Shown: positions 45,413-55,057, counted from the stretch's first letter. The stretch: 64,000 nucleotides of DNA from Stellaceae bacterium (GCA_035570935.1 DATMKU010000032.1:7192-71191), one strand, 5' to 3'. Numbers and translations are program-made. Notes: generated by a model from the sequence alone, not told the origin.

Positions 45413-46279
45413 TCAAAAGCGTCGGCGAAGTGCCGCAGCGGCCAGCCGCCAACTCTGCAACGGGTCGGGATGCGCCAGGCCCGGATCGAACGGATCCCAG
45501 CCGGCACGGTTGAGCCGTCGCAGCGAGCGGTCGGCGACCACCGCCGGCAGCAGCGCCGGCAGCGCTGCCCGTGGGATCGCGTGGCGAGCGCCGCGCGCCG
45601 CGCGCAGATGGGCGTCCGCCGTGGCCGCGACCTCGCCGACGGCGGCGCGCAACGCCGCGGAGCCTCTCCGATTCAAGATGTCTTCGAGATCGACCCCGTT
45701 GCGCGCGGCTATCTCGACCGGAATGACCGGCCGCCCCGCCGCCATCCGCAACTGGAGGGCTCGCAATAGGCCCGCGAGCGCATAGGCGATCCCGATATGA
45801 TGCCCGGCCTCGCGCGCGGCCGGTTCGCGCACCCCGAGCGCCTCGAGCGCCAGATAAATAAGAGCTGACGAAGTATCCTCGGCATAGTCCTCGAGCACGG
45901 CGAGGGTGGCCGGCGGGTCGTCGTCGAGATCGGCTTTGCGCGCGTCGATCAGCCGGTCGAAATGGGTACGCGTCAATTCGACCCGGCGAATGACCGTGGT
46001 CAGCGCCTCGATCACCGGATGGCGCCGCGCCGGGCCGGTTGCATAAGCAGCGGCGACGTTCTCACGCCACCATTCGAGGCGGATATGGCGAAGGGTCGGC
46101 TGGCTCACGCTCTCCCGCACCCTTGCAATCTCGTAGTTGAAGGCGTAAAGCGCAAACAGCGCCTCGCGATGCGCGGCCGGGGCAAACAGCGCGGTCTGAA
46201 ACCGGTCGCGGTCGTGGCGCCGCACCAACGCCGCGACCGGCGACAGCTGCTCCGCGCTGGCGGAACGTTGGCGAGGCAC
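45413..46279 (-). CDS. Squalene/phytoene synthase family protein (NDUFAF6-like subgroup common in alphaproteobacteria)
   Basis: Reads LVRRHDRDRF...ALYAFNYEIARVRE...IRLEWWRE......EDYAEDTSSALIYLALE. The start is uncertain (GTG 46279, GTG 46297 or ATG 46327). The ATG option would overlap the divergent sodB start. Confidence 0.75.
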   Translation of the reverse strand: MPRQRSASAEQLSPVAALVRRHDRDRFQTALFAPAAHREALFALYAFNYEIARVRESVSQPTLRHIRLEWWRENVAAAYATGPARRHPVIEALTTVIRRVELTRTHFDRLIDARKADLDDDPPATLAVLEDYAEDTSSALIYLALEALGVREPAAREAGHHIGIAYALAGLLRALQLRMAAGRPVIPVEIAARNGVDLEDILNRRGSAALRAAVGEVAATADAHLRAARGARHAIPRAALPALLPAVVADRSLRRLNRAGWDPFDPGLAHPDPLQSWRLAAAALRRRF

Positions 46280-46325
46280 GGGCGTTTTTTCACGCACCCG
46301 CTTCACATAACCCGGGATGGTCACC

Positions 46326-46928
46326 ATGGCTTTCGAATTGCCGCCCCTGCCCTACCCGAAAAACGCGCTCGAACCGCATATCTCCGAGCGGACGATGGAC
46401 TTCCATCACGGCAGGCACCATCAGGCCTATGTCACGAACCTGAACAACCTCGTCAAGGACCAGCCGTTCGAACGGCAATCGCTCGAGGAAATCATCAAGG
46501 CGACCTACAAGGACAGCTCGAAAACTGGCATCTTCAACAACGCGGCACAGGTGTGGAACCACACCTTCTTCTGGCACTCGATGAAGCCGCATGGCGGCGG
46601 GACGCCGTCCGGCAGCATCGCGGCGGCCATTACCAAGGATTGCGGCGGCCTCGACAAGTTCAAGGAGGTGTTCAAGGCGACTGCGGTCGGCCAGTTTGGC
46701 AGCGGCTGGACGTGGCTTGTCGCCGACAAGGGTCAGCTCAAGATCGTCTCGACCCCAAACGCGGTCACCCCGCTGGCCGAAGGCCAGACGGCGCTTTTGA
46801 CCTGCGACGTGTGGGAACACGCCTACTATCTCGACTACCAAAACCGCCGGCCTGACTTTGTGCAAACCTTTCTCGATCATCTGATCAACTGGGATTTCGC
46901 CGCCCAGAACCTCGCCAAGGCCGGCTGA
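46326..46928 (+). CDS. sodB: Fe/Mn superoxide dismutase (Fe-type features)
   Basis: Reads MAFELPPLPY..NALEPHIS..T...HHG.HHQAYV.NLN...NNAAQVWNHTFFW...FGSGW.WLV....L.I..T.NA..P.....L..CDVWEHAYYLDYQNRRPD. Confidence 0.95.
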   Translation: MAFELPPLPYPKNALEPHISERTMDFHHGRHHQAYVTNLNNLVKDQPFERQSLEEIIKATYKDSSKTGIFNNAAQVWNHTFFWHSMKPHGGGTPSGSIAAAITKDCGGLDKFKEVFKATAVGQFGSGWTWLVADKGQLKIVSTPNAVTPLAEGQTALLTCDVWEHAYYLDYQNRRPDFVQTFLDHLINWDFAAQNLAKAG

Positions 46929-46946
46929 CCCTCGGTCATCCCCTCC

Positions 46947-46972
46947 GGCGCATCCGGGATCCCGGATGCGCC
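46947..46972 (+). terminator. Intrinsic terminator candidate after sodB (12-bp perfect stem ggcgcatccggg / cccggatgcgcc, 2-nt loop)
   Basis: It lies 19 nt after the sodB stop and is followed by gagctttgctc (a short T run). Confidence 0.55.
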
Positions 46973-47044
46973 GAGCTTTGCTCTCCTGCAAACGCGCGAA
47001 ATCGCTGATCCGCCGGCGGGCGCATCTCGCAACTATGAGCTAAG

Positions 47045-48256
47045 ATGCCGCACGGGAGGATCGCCCTTCCGATGAAGCGCACGAGCGGAATGGAACGCAA
47101 CCGACACGCCTTTGCGACCCGCGCGGTGCATGCGGGCGGCGGACCGGACCCGGCCACCGGAGCGGTCTCGGTGCCGATCTATGCGACCTCGACCTATGCC
47201 CAAGAAAGCCCCGGCGTCCACAAGGGCTACGAATACGCGCGCACCCGCAACCCGACGCGCGAGGCGCTGGAGCGCTGCGTCGCCGATCTTGAAAACGGTG
47301 GCGCCGGGTTTGCTTTCGCGTCGGGCTCGGCGGCGATGGCGGCGGTGCTGGAATGCCTCGACGACGGCGCGCATGTCGTCGCCACCGACGATCTCTACGG
47401 CGGCACGCTGCGATTGTTCGAGCGGGTACGGCGGCGTTCGGGAGGTCTCGAAACGACGCTCGTCGACATGTCCACCCCGGAGAATGTCGAGGCGGCGATC
47501 CGGCCCATCACCCGGCTGATCTGGGTCGAGACCCCGACCAATCCGATGCTGAAACTGGTCGATCTCGCCGCGGTCGCGGCCATCGGCCGGCGCCGCGACA
47601 TCTGGACGGTCGCCGACAACACCTTTGCCAGCCCGTGGGTGCAGCGACCGCTCGATCACGGGTTCAGCGCCGTCGTCCATTCGACGACCAAATATCTGAA
47701 CGGCCATTCGGACGTGATCGGCGGGGTAGCCGTCGTCGGCAACGACCGCGAGCTCGCCGTTCGGCTGAAATTTGTGCAGAACGCCGTCGGCGGCATCGCC
47801 GGGCCGTTCGACAGCTTTCTGGTATTGCGCGGGATCAAGACCCTGGCCTTGCGCATGGAGCGGCACTGCGCCAACGCCTTGGCGATCGCGCAGTGGCTCG
47901 AGCATCACCCCGCGATTCGCCGGACGATCTATCCGGGGCTGCCGAGCCATCCGCAGCACGCGCTGGCACAGCGGCAGATGAGCGGGTTCGGCGGCATGGT
48001 GACGGCCGAGTTGGCGGCCGATCTCGCCGGCTGCAGGCGATTTCTCGAACGGGTGCGGCTCTTCACCTTGGCCGAAAGCCTTGGCGGCACCGACAGCCTC
48101 ATCGAGCATCCGGCGATCATGACCCATGCCTCGGTCCCTCCGGAACAGCGGCGCGCGATCGGCATCGGCGACGGGCTGGTGCGCCTCTCGGTCGGCATCG
48201 AGGACAAGGGCGACCTGATCGCCGATCTCGACCAGGCGCTGGCGAGCATCGCTTGA
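47045..48256 (+). CDS. PLP-dependent trans-sulfuration family enzyme (cystathionine gamma-synthase / beta- or gamma-lyase-like)
   Basis: Reads TRAVHAGG.PDP.TGAVSVPIYATSTY...YARTRNPTREALE..VA.LE.G..FASG.AA...HSTTKYLNGHSDV (PLP-Lys)...ESLGG..SLIEHPA.MTHAS. The start is uncertain (47045, 47072 or 47090). Confidence 0.9.
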   Translation: MPHGRIALPMKRTSGMERNRHAFATRAVHAGGGPDPATGAVSVPIYATSTYAQESPGVHKGYEYARTRNPTREALERCVADLENGGAGFAFASGSAAMAAVLECLDDGAHVVATDDLYGGTLRLFERVRRRSGGLETTLVDMSTPENVEAAIRPITRLIWVETPTNPMLKLVDLAAVAAIGRRRDIWTVADNTFASPWVQRPLDHGFSAVVHSTTKYLNGHSDVIGGVAVVGNDRELAVRLKFVQNAVGGIAGPFDSFLVLRGIKTLALRMERHCANALAIAQWLEHHPAIRRTIYPGLPSHPQHALAQRQMSGFGGMVTAELAADLAGCRRFLERVRLFTLAESLGGTDSLIEHPAIMTHASVPPEQRRAIGIGDGLVRLSVGIEDKGDLIADLDQALASIA

Positions 48257-49389
48257 TCCGGCTCGAGCGCGTTTCGGTCGAGCGGGCGCTCGCCTGGATT
48301 GATGCCGCGACCGGTTGCCTAGATACAGAAGAAACTGCGTTCGAAACGCCGGCGAACCGGATACTCGCGGAAGACGTCCGCGCACAGAACCCGATCCCGC
48401 CGGCGGATTGCGCCGCGATCGACGGCTACGCCGTATGCGCCGAGGACAGCCTCGGCGCCGGCGCCTACAACCCGCTGGCGGTAGCGGCAGGCACTGTCGA
48501 AGCCGGCCAAGCCCTGCCCGTGGGGATGGATGCGATCGTCCCGTTCGATCAGGCGGAACCGAACGAGGCGGGCGGGGTCGTGCTGGTCGAACCCGTCGCT
48601 GCCGGCGCCAGCATCGACCGCCAGGGCGCGGTGGCGAGCGCCGACGCGCTGTTGATCGCGGCAGGAACCCGGCTGACGGCGCGGCACATCGGCATGATCG
48701 CCATCGCCGGTGTTGCGCGCGTGCCGGTGATCCGCCGCCCGCGGGTGCGGTTGGTTGTCGCCCGATACGCGCGGTCCGGAGAGCCGTTCGACGGCAACGG
48801 GCCGATGCTGCGGGCGCTGGTCGACCGCGACGGCGGGATCGTCACGGATGCGCCTCTCGCCGATGCATTTGCCCCGGGAGCGGATCTCGTCCTCGTCGCG
48901 GGCGGCACCGGCCGCAGTCATGAGGACCGGTCGGTGGCGGCGCTGTCTGCCTGCGGCAAGCTCGACCTTCATGGCGTGGCGCTGGCTCCGGGCGAGACGG
49001 CCGGGTTCGGCCGCCTGGCCGGTGGGACCCCGGCGCTGTTGCTGCCGGGGGCGCCGGCGGCCTGCCTGTGGAATTACGAGCTGTTCGCCGGTCGCGCGAT
49101 CCGTCGGCTCGGCGGACGCGATCCGGCGCTTCCCTATCCTTCGCGCCCGGTCGTCACTGTGCGAAAAATCGTTTCGGCGATCGGCATGACCGAGGTCTGC
49201 CCGATCCGCTGCCTGGCCGACGGCCACATCGCGCCGGTCGCGTCCTTCGCCGAAGCCGGGCTGATGGCGGCCATCCAGGGCGACGGGTTTGTCGTCGTCC
49301 CCGAGGCGAGCGAGGGCTATCCGGCGGGCGCACAAATCACTGCCTATTTCTATGACGAACGTCAAATTCGCGCGGAGCCCATGTCATGA
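48253..49389 (+). CDS. MoeA-like molybdopterin-binding protein (second paralog, divergent)
   Basis: A TTG at 48253 overlaps the stop of the PLP enzyme (TTGA). Reads RVSVERAL.W........E....ANRILAEDV....IPPADCAAIDGYAV...D...GMDAIVPF......LVAGGTGRSHEDRSV......APGETAGFG...G.PALLLPGAP. It occupies the last ~378 codons of track ORF 47353-49389. Confidence 0.8.
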   Translation: MIRLERVSVERALAWIDAATGCLDTEETAFETPANRILAEDVRAQNPIPPADCAAIDGYAVCAEDSLGAGAYNPLAVAAGTVEAGQALPVGMDAIVPFDQAEPNEAGGVVLVEPVAAGASIDRQGAVASADALLIAAGTRLTARHIGMIAIAGVARVPVIRRPRVRLVVARYARSGEPFDGNGPMLRALVDRDGGIVTDAPLADAFAPGADLVLVAGGTGRSHEDRSVAALSACGKLDLHGVALAPGETAGFGRLAGGTPALLLPGAPAACLWNYELFAGRAIRRLGGRDPALPYPSRPVVTVRKIVSAIGMTEVCPIRCLADGHIAPVASFAEAGLMAAIQGDGFVVVPEASEGYPAGAQITAYFYDERQIRAEPMS

Positions 49390-51344
49390 ACGATATCCCC
49401 GCGAGCCTGCGCAGCCTGGCGCGGCAGGAGCAATTCCTCGACGTTGTCGATCGCGACGAGGCCGAGCGGCGGTTTCGTAAGCATCTCGAATTACGCCCGC
49501 TCGGCTGCGAGACCGTGCCATTGGCGCAGGCATTGGGGCGGGTCGTGGCACGCCGGGTCGTTGCCGGGGTCGATGTCCCGGGCTTCGACCGCGCCAGCGT
49601 CGATGGTTTTGCGGTGCACGCCGACGGCACGCTCGGCGCCAGCGAGCGGACGCCGCGCCGGTTGACCTTGCTGCCCGAAATTCTGACCCCCGGGAAAGAG
49701 CCGAGGCTCGCGGTCGAACCGGGGACGGCGACGCTGATCGCAACCGGCGGAATGGTGCCGCGCGGCGCCGATGCCGTCGTCATGGTCGAACATACCGAGA
49801 CGGCCGAAGCGGCGAACGGCGCGACCGTCCTCGAAATCCGCCGGGCCGCCACCGCCGGCCAGTTCGTCGCCTTTGCCGGCAGCGATATGGCGCGCGGCGA
49901 GACCGTATTGCGGGCCGGACAGGTGCTGACCTCGCGCGAGATCGGCATGCTGGCCGCGGTCGGCTGTGCCACGGTCGAGGTCTGGCGGCGGCCGCGCGTC
50001 GCGATCATCTCGACCGGCGACGAGATCATCGCCCCCGGCGCGCCGATGCGGCCTGGTGCCGTCTTCGATTCGAATGCCGCGATCCTTGCCGCGGCGGTCG
50101 AGGAGGCGGGCGGCGTCTCCTGCCCGCTCGGCATCGGCGCCGACGACGACGCGGTGCTGACCCGCCTCGTCGAAGACGGGCTTGCCGCCTGCGACGTCGT
50201 GATATTGTCGGGCGGCACGTCAAAGGGTGCGGGCGACCTTTGCTACCGTGCGGTGGCACGCTTCCGCGATCCCGGCATCGTCGTCCACGGCGTCGCCCTG
50301 AAACCGGGGAAGCCGCTGTGCCTGGCGGTGACCCGCGGCAAGCCGGTCGTCGTGCTGCCGGGGTTTCCAACCTCGGCGATTTTCACCTTTCACGAATTCG
50401 TGGCACCGGTGGTCCGCGCCTTTGCCGGGTTGGCCCCCGAACGCGCCGAGCGGCTGCCGGCAACCCTGCCGCTGCGCGTCGCCTCGGAACGCGGCCGGAC
50501 AGAATATCTGATGGTTTCACTGATCCAAGGCGACCCGGAAGGCACCCTTTTTGCCTATCCGAACATCAAGGGCTCGGGGGCGGTCACCGCCTTCAGCCAG
50601 GCGGACGGGTTCATCGCCGTCGATGCGCAAGTCGAAAGCGTGGCGGCCGGCACGCCGGTCGAAGTGCAGCTGATCGGCGATGCCCATCTCGCCGATCTCG
50701 TGATCATCGGCAGCCATTGCGTCGGGCTCGACATATTGATCGACCGCCTGCACGCCGAGGGGATCGCGGTCAAGGCGCTCAACATCGGCAGCATGGGCGG
50801 ACTCGCCGCCGCCAAGCGCGGCGAATGCGACATCGCCGCGATCCATCTGATGGACCCCGAGACCGGCGGATACAATCGTCCGTTCTTGACCCCGGCGCTC
50901 GAACTGGTGCCCGGCTACCGTCGCTTGCAGGGCATCGTCTACCGCAGCGGCGACCCGCGCTTCGACCACCGCTCGGTCGACGGCGCGATCGCGGCGGTGC
51001 TGGCGGCACCCGATTGTCTGATGGTCAACCGCAACGCCGGCAGCGGTACCCGCATCCTGACCGACCGGTTGCTCGGGGGCGCCAGGCCGCCGGGCTATTG
51101 GGCGCAGCCGAAATCGCACAATGCCGTCGCAGCCGCGGTGGCGCAGAATCGCGCCGATTGGGGTATCGCGATCGAAAGCGTGGCGCGTCAGTACGGGCTC
51201 GGCTTTATCCCGGCACAGGACGAGCATTACGATTTCGTCATTCCGAGAAACCGGATCGAGCGGCCGGCGATTCTACGGTTTCGCGCATTGCTCGCAGCAT
51301 CGGCGGTACGAGAGGCGCTGGCGTCGCTCGGTTTTGTCATGTAG
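49386..51344 (+). CDS. MoeA-like protein fused to a C-terminal periplasmic-binding-protein-like (PBP_like_2 type) domain
   Basis: The N-terminal ~410 aa have the MoeA layout (VPGFDRASVDGFAV...TGGMVPRGADAVVMVEHTE...STGDEII.PG...LSGGTSKGAGDL...LKPGKPL....VVLPGFPTSA). The C-terminal ~230 aa (IIGSHCVGLDILIDRL...GSMGGLAAAKRGECDIAAIHL...NRNAGSGTR...YDFVIP) are PBP-like. There is an ATGA overlap with the preceding gene. Confidence 0.85.
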   Translation: MNDIPASLRSLARQEQFLDVVDRDEAERRFRKHLELRPLGCETVPLAQALGRVVARRVVAGVDVPGFDRASVDGFAVHADGTLGASERTPRRLTLLPEILTPGKEPRLAVEPGTATLIATGGMVPRGADAVVMVEHTETAEAANGATVLEIRRAATAGQFVAFAGSDMARGETVLRAGQVLTSREIGMLAAVGCATVEVWRRPRVAIISTGDEIIAPGAPMRPGAVFDSNAAILAAAVEEAGGVSCPLGIGADDDAVLTRLVEDGLAACDVVILSGGTSKGAGDLCYRAVARFRDPGIVVHGVALKPGKPLCLAVTRGKPVVVLPGFPTSAIFTFHEFVAPVVRAFAGLAPERAERLPATLPLRVASERGRTEYLMVSLIQGDPEGTLFAYPNIKGSGAVTAFSQADGFIAVDAQVESVAAGTPVEVQLIGDAHLADLVIIGSHCVGLDILIDRLHAEGIAVKALNIGSMGGLAAAKRGECDIAAIHLMDPETGGYNRPFLTPALELVPGYRRLQGIVYRSGDPRFDHRSVDGAIAAVLAAPDCLMVNRNAGSGTRILTDRLLGGARPPGYWAQPKSHNAVAAAVAQNRADWGIAIESVARQYGLGFIPAQDEHYDFVIPRNRIERPAILRFRALLAASAVREALASLGFVM

Positions 51345-51548
51345 TGTCTCGCTTGAAACGCGAATTACTAAATCGCTGATGCGCGCAGGGGTAAAATCGG
51401 GCAGTTTTTACCTCTCCTGTTGAGAATTATAGTGATTTCCTTCTCCGACCTGCGGTTTTATAGGCGGCGTTAATAATTCTTAACGACACGAAGTCGGGGG
51501 CCGCCGTCAGCGACGGGCTTCGGGTCGATACCAGCCGGGGGCAATTAA

Positions 51549-52304
51549 ATGCGAGCGAAGTTGGGCTGGGGCCTCGTCTGGGGCGCCATACTGGTGAGCT
51601 GTTGTGCCGGGCACTCGCGCCGCGCCGCGGCCGGCAACTGCGCGCTTTATGCGCGCGCCGTTACCGGCGTCGATCTTTTCGGCGCCGCCGGCGGCTGGTG
51701 GTACGAGGCAGCCGGCCGCTATCAGCGCGGCCCGATACCGGCGGTGGGCTCGATCCTCGTCTTCCGGCCGACCGGGTCGATCCCTTCGGGTCATGTCGCG
51801 GTCGTGTCCAAGGTCGTCGGCCCGACGATGGTGCTCGTCGACCAATCCAACTGGTATCACGGCAGGGTCACGTTGCAGACCCCGGTTGTCGACACCTCGC
51901 CCAATCATGATTGGACAACGGTCGCGGTCATGGATCTGGGCTCCGGCCAATTCGGCCGCGACAACCCGACTTACGGTTTTGTCTACCCGCAGAACGGTCC
52001 GGGCCAACTCGTTACAACCGCCGATACCGACGGTTTCGATCCCTATGTCGCCGCCGGCCGCACCTCTTACGACCCGAGCCGGCAGACCGGCCTGTTCCAT
52101 TTTGCGATCGCCGACGGATACATCTATCGCGGTGGGCGCAGCCGTCGCGGCACGCGCGGCAGAACCGCGCGGTATTCGATCGGGCTGGCGTCGGCGTGGC
52201 ATGCGAACAGCGCGCAGCGCTCCGGCTCGGCTGCCGCTCATTCCGGCTACGCAGCCGCGCGCGATACGAACCCGCGGACAACCGAGACCCGCCGGCAGCA
52301 GTAA
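51549..52304 (+). CDS. CHAP domain-containing (cysteine/histidine amidohydrolase-peptidase) putative lipoprotein
   Basis: Has a lipobox-like signal (ILVSCCAG), a catalytic-type Cys (GNCALYAR) and His (SGHVAVVSKVV), and an Arg/Ser/Gly-rich C-terminal tail. Confidence 0.8.
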   Translation: MRAKLGWGLVWGAILVSCCAGHSRRAAAGNCALYARAVTGVDLFGAAGGWWYEAAGRYQRGPIPAVGSILVFRPTGSIPSGHVAVVSKVVGPTMVLVDQSNWYHGRVTLQTPVVDTSPNHDWTTVAVMDLGSGQFGRDNPTYGFVYPQNGPGQLVTTADTDGFDPYVAAGRTSYDPSRQTGLFHFAIADGYIYRGGRSRRGTRGRTARYSIGLASAWHANSAQRSGSAAAHSGYAAARDTNPRTTETRRQQ

Positions 52305-52368
52305 GGGCCAGGAAGAGCAGTCGCTCTGCGTAGGCCGCCAATGCCAAGTGCTTTGCCGCTTGGCATTG

Positions 52369-53328
52369 TCAGGCTGCCCGCGTGACGCAGACGGCTCGGT
52401 ACCACTCATGGGTCTGCCGTATACCCGTCTCCAGGTCGATGCCCGGACGCCAGCCGAGCGCGGTCAATTTGGAGACATCGAGGAGCTTGCGCGGTGTCCC
52501 GTCCGGCTTTGAACCATCGAAAACGAACCGTCCCGTAAAGCCGACGACATCGGCAATCAGCCGGGCGAGTTCGGCGATGGTTACATCCGAGCCCATGCCG
52601 ATATTTATCGGCTCCTCGTCCGACCAGTATTTCATCAGGAAGACGATCGCGTCGGCCAGGTCGTCGACATGCAGAAACTCGCGGCGGGGCTGCCCACTGC
52701 CCCAGATCTCGACCGTATCCCGGCCCTCGCGCACGGCAGCGTCGATCTTCGCGAGCAGCGCCGGCAAGACGTGGCTGGAGAGCAGGTTGAAATTGTCGTT
52801 GGGCCCGTACAAGTTCGTCGGCATCACCGAGACGAAATCGCAGCCATGCTGCCGGCGGTAGGCTTGGCACAGTTTGAGGCCGGCGATCTTGGCGACGGCA
52901 TACCATTCGTTTGTCGGTTCGAGCGGGCCGGTCAGCAAAGAGCTTTCCGGGATCGGCTGCGGGGCGAGGCGCGGATAGATGCAGGACGAGCCGAGAAACA
53001 TCAGCTTCGCCGCCCCGGTCCGCCGCGCCGCCTCGATCACATTGGTCGCGATCGCCAAATTATCGTAGAGGAAATCGCCGGGATGGGCGTCGTTCGCATG
53101 AATCCCGCCGACGCGCGCCGCGGCGAGCATTACCGCCTCGGGCCGGTGTTCGTCGAACCAGCGATCGACCGCCATCTGGTTGCGCAGGTCAACGAGATCG
53201 CGGCCGACCGTCAGCAGGCGGCATTCCTCTTCGGCCAGCCGGCGGATAAGCGCCGAGCCGACCATCCCGCGATGACCGGCGACGAATATACGTCGTCCAG
53301 CCAGCGGAAACACGGTTCGCGGCGCCAT
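52369..53328 (-). CDS. fcl: GDP-L-fucose synthase
   Basis: Reads IFVAGHRGMVGSAL...AAARVGGI.AN...DFLY.NL....NVIEAA...G..KL.FLGSSCIYP......YAVAKIAG.KLC.AY..Q.G......MPTNLYGP.DNF. The ATG at 53328 is 4 nt after the gmd stop. A TTG at 53349 is an alternative. Confidence 0.92.
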   Translation of the reverse strand: MAPRTVFPLAGRRIFVAGHRGMVGSALIRRLAEEECRLLTVGRDLVDLRNQMAVDRWFDEHRPEAVMLAAARVGGIHANDAHPGDFLYDNLAIATNVIEAARRTGAAKLMFLGSSCIYPRLAPQPIPESSLLTGPLEPTNEWYAVAKIAGLKLCQAYRRQHGCDFVSVMPTNLYGPNDNFNLLSSHVLPALLAKIDAAVREGRDTVEIWGSGQPRREFLHVDDLADAIVFLMKYWSDEEPINIGMGSDVTIAELARLIADVVGFTGRFVFDGSKPDGTPRKLLDVSKLTALGWRPGIDLETGIRQTHEWYRAVCVTRAA

Positions 53329-53332
53329 GCGC

Positions 53333-54391
53333 TCAATCGCTTCCCGCAATGGCGGTGCCGCGGGCCGGGTCGGTAAACCCGGCCTGGTTCACGGTCCGCT
53401 CGCGCCGCGCGAGGTCGATGTCGTATCGCACCATCATCCCGACCAGCTCCGTAAAGTCGATCCGCGGCTCCCAGCCGAGCCTTTCCCTCGCCTTGGTCGG
53501 ATCGCCGCACAGCGCGTTCACCTCGGTCGGGCGGAAATAGCGGCGGTCAACCTCCACATGCCGCCGCCAGTCGAGCCCGGCGGCGGCAAAGGCGACCTCG
53601 ACCAGTTCGCGGACGCTGTGCGCCTCCCCGGTGGCGACAACATAGTCGCCCGGCCGCTCCTGCTGCAGCATCAGCCACATGGCTTCGACATAGTCGCCGG
53701 CAAAGCCCCAATCGCGCTGCGCTTCGAGGTTACCCAGATAAAGCTTATCTTGCAGGCCCTGCGTGATGCGCCCCACCGCCCGCGTCACCTTGCGTGTAAC
53801 AAACGTCTCGCCGCGACGCGGGCTCTCATGATTGAACAGAATGCCGTTGCAGATGAACAGACCATAGGCCTCGCGATAGTTGACCGCAAACCAATGCGCC
53901 GCCGCCTTGCTGACGCCATAAGGACTGCGCGGGTAAAACGGCGTCCTTTCGCTTTGCGGCGGCGCCGCCGCACCGAACATTTCCGATGAGCCGGCCTGAT
54001 AATAGCGTACCGGGCGGCCGCCATGCAAGACATGGTCGCGGACGGCTTCGATCAACCGCAAGGTTCCGATGGCGACCACCTCGGCGGTATATTCAGGGAT
54101 GTCGAACGAAACCTTGACGTGGCTTTGGGCGCCGAGGTTGTAGACTTCGTCGGGATCGACGGTTTCGAGCACCCGCCGCAATCCTGTACCGTCGGTCAAG
54201 TCGCCATAGTGTAAAGTCAACCTGGCGCCGCTGATATGGGAATCATGGTAAAGATGATCGATGCGATCGGTGTTGAACAGGCTTGCGCGCCGCATTACGC
54301 CGTGGACTTCATATCCTTTCGCAAGCAGGAATTCGCTGAGATAGGAGCCGTCCTGCCCGGTAACGCCGGTGATCAGCGCGCACTTTGCCAT
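53333..54391 (-). CDS. gmd: GDP-mannose 4,6-dehydratase
   Basis: Reads [43 protein letters not shown]......L.LHYGDLTD...[17 protein letters not shown]. Confidence 0.95.
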   Translation of the reverse strand: MAKCALITGVTGQDGSYLSEFLLAKGYEVHGVMRRASLFNTDRIDHLYHDSHISGARLTLHYGDLTDGTGLRRVLETVDPDEVYNLGAQSHVKVSFDIPEYTAEVVAIGTLRLIEAVRDHVLHGGRPVRYYQAGSSEMFGAAAPPQSERTPFYPRSPYGVSKAAAHWFAVNYREAYGLFICNGILFNHESPRRGETFVTRKVTRAVGRITQGLQDKLYLGNLEAQRDWGFAGDYVEAMWLMLQQERPGDYVVATGEAHSVRELVEVAFAAAGLDWRRHVEVDRRYFRPTEVNALCGDPTKARERLGWEPRIDFTELVGMMVRYDIDLARRERTVNQAGFTDPARGTAIAGSD

Positions 54392-54865
54392 GCGCCCCAA
54401 GCTATCACAGTTCCATCGTCAATGATGCCGAAAACTTGATTTCGGCTCTTGTTGATGGCCAATAGAATCCACGCTCAAACCGGGCCCCCAGAGCGAACTT
54501 GGTAAATATCGGCATTCGGTCTCCGGAAACGCGCTGAGCGCGCCATCGATGGCGGCAGCGCAAGTGACGGCCAAAGTTACCATGCAGCTGATTAGTCAAG
54601 GAAGTAGCCGGCGCAGGCGATTCGGAAAATACCGCGCCGCGAAGCATTAGACTCACAACCCGTTAAACGCACACGGGCCGAAAGAGTAAACGGACGGCGA
54701 GCGCGCTTCGCTTGGGACCCGATTTGAAATGAGGTGAATATCCCAGCATCTTATCGTAGCCCCCACGCAAGCGAGGCGGTCCGGGGAAATCATGGTCTCT
54801 CAGCTCGGCCGGGGTTTAGGCCGCAGCATGGCCCACCACAGATCGTCGTGCCCGGACTTGGTCTA

Positions 54866-54913
54866 GCTTGACCCGGCCATCCACGGGACCAAGGACAGGC
54901 GATGAAGGCGTGG
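54866..54913. repeat. REP-like element, second copy of the family at 14622-14717
   Basis: The exact 20-mer gcttgacccggccatccacg is at 54866-54885. The inverted 13-mer gatgaaggcgtgg is at 54901-54913. A partner arm, cccggacttgg, is at 54851-54861. Confidence 0.75.
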
Positions 54914-55057
54914 GTGGCGCGGCCAAGACGATCTGGCAATCGATATGCAACCCCCTGTTCTCCCCGAACAGCCATGCGCTTTCGCAGGAATGTCAGTCAA
55001 CTCTTTGACCTTTTGCCATTCTTTTCAAATCGGGTGCTTTAGCACCGCCTGGGTTAT

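Noticed and set aside
46973-47090. A possible SAM-II or Moco riboswitch in the leader of the PLP-enzyme / MoeA-paralog operon.
   Set aside because: The leader is only ~70-115 nt, depending on the start codon chosen. I could not find the conserved pseudoknot or AAAGCU-type elements of SAM-II or the Moco motif core. An Rfam scan would be needed before making any claim.
51470-51484. A CtrA-like box, TTAATAATTCTTAAC, upstream of the CHAP-domain gene.
   Set aside because: The half-sites are separated by 6 nt, not the 7 nt of the TTAA-N7-TTAAC consensus. It sits in a generally AT-rich promoter region, so a chance match is likely.
54405-54656. An 83-aa minus-strand ORF upstream of gmd.
   Set aside because: It has no Shine-Dalgarno site, its codon usage is atypical, and no family is recognisable. 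It is treated as part of a long non-coding leader region.
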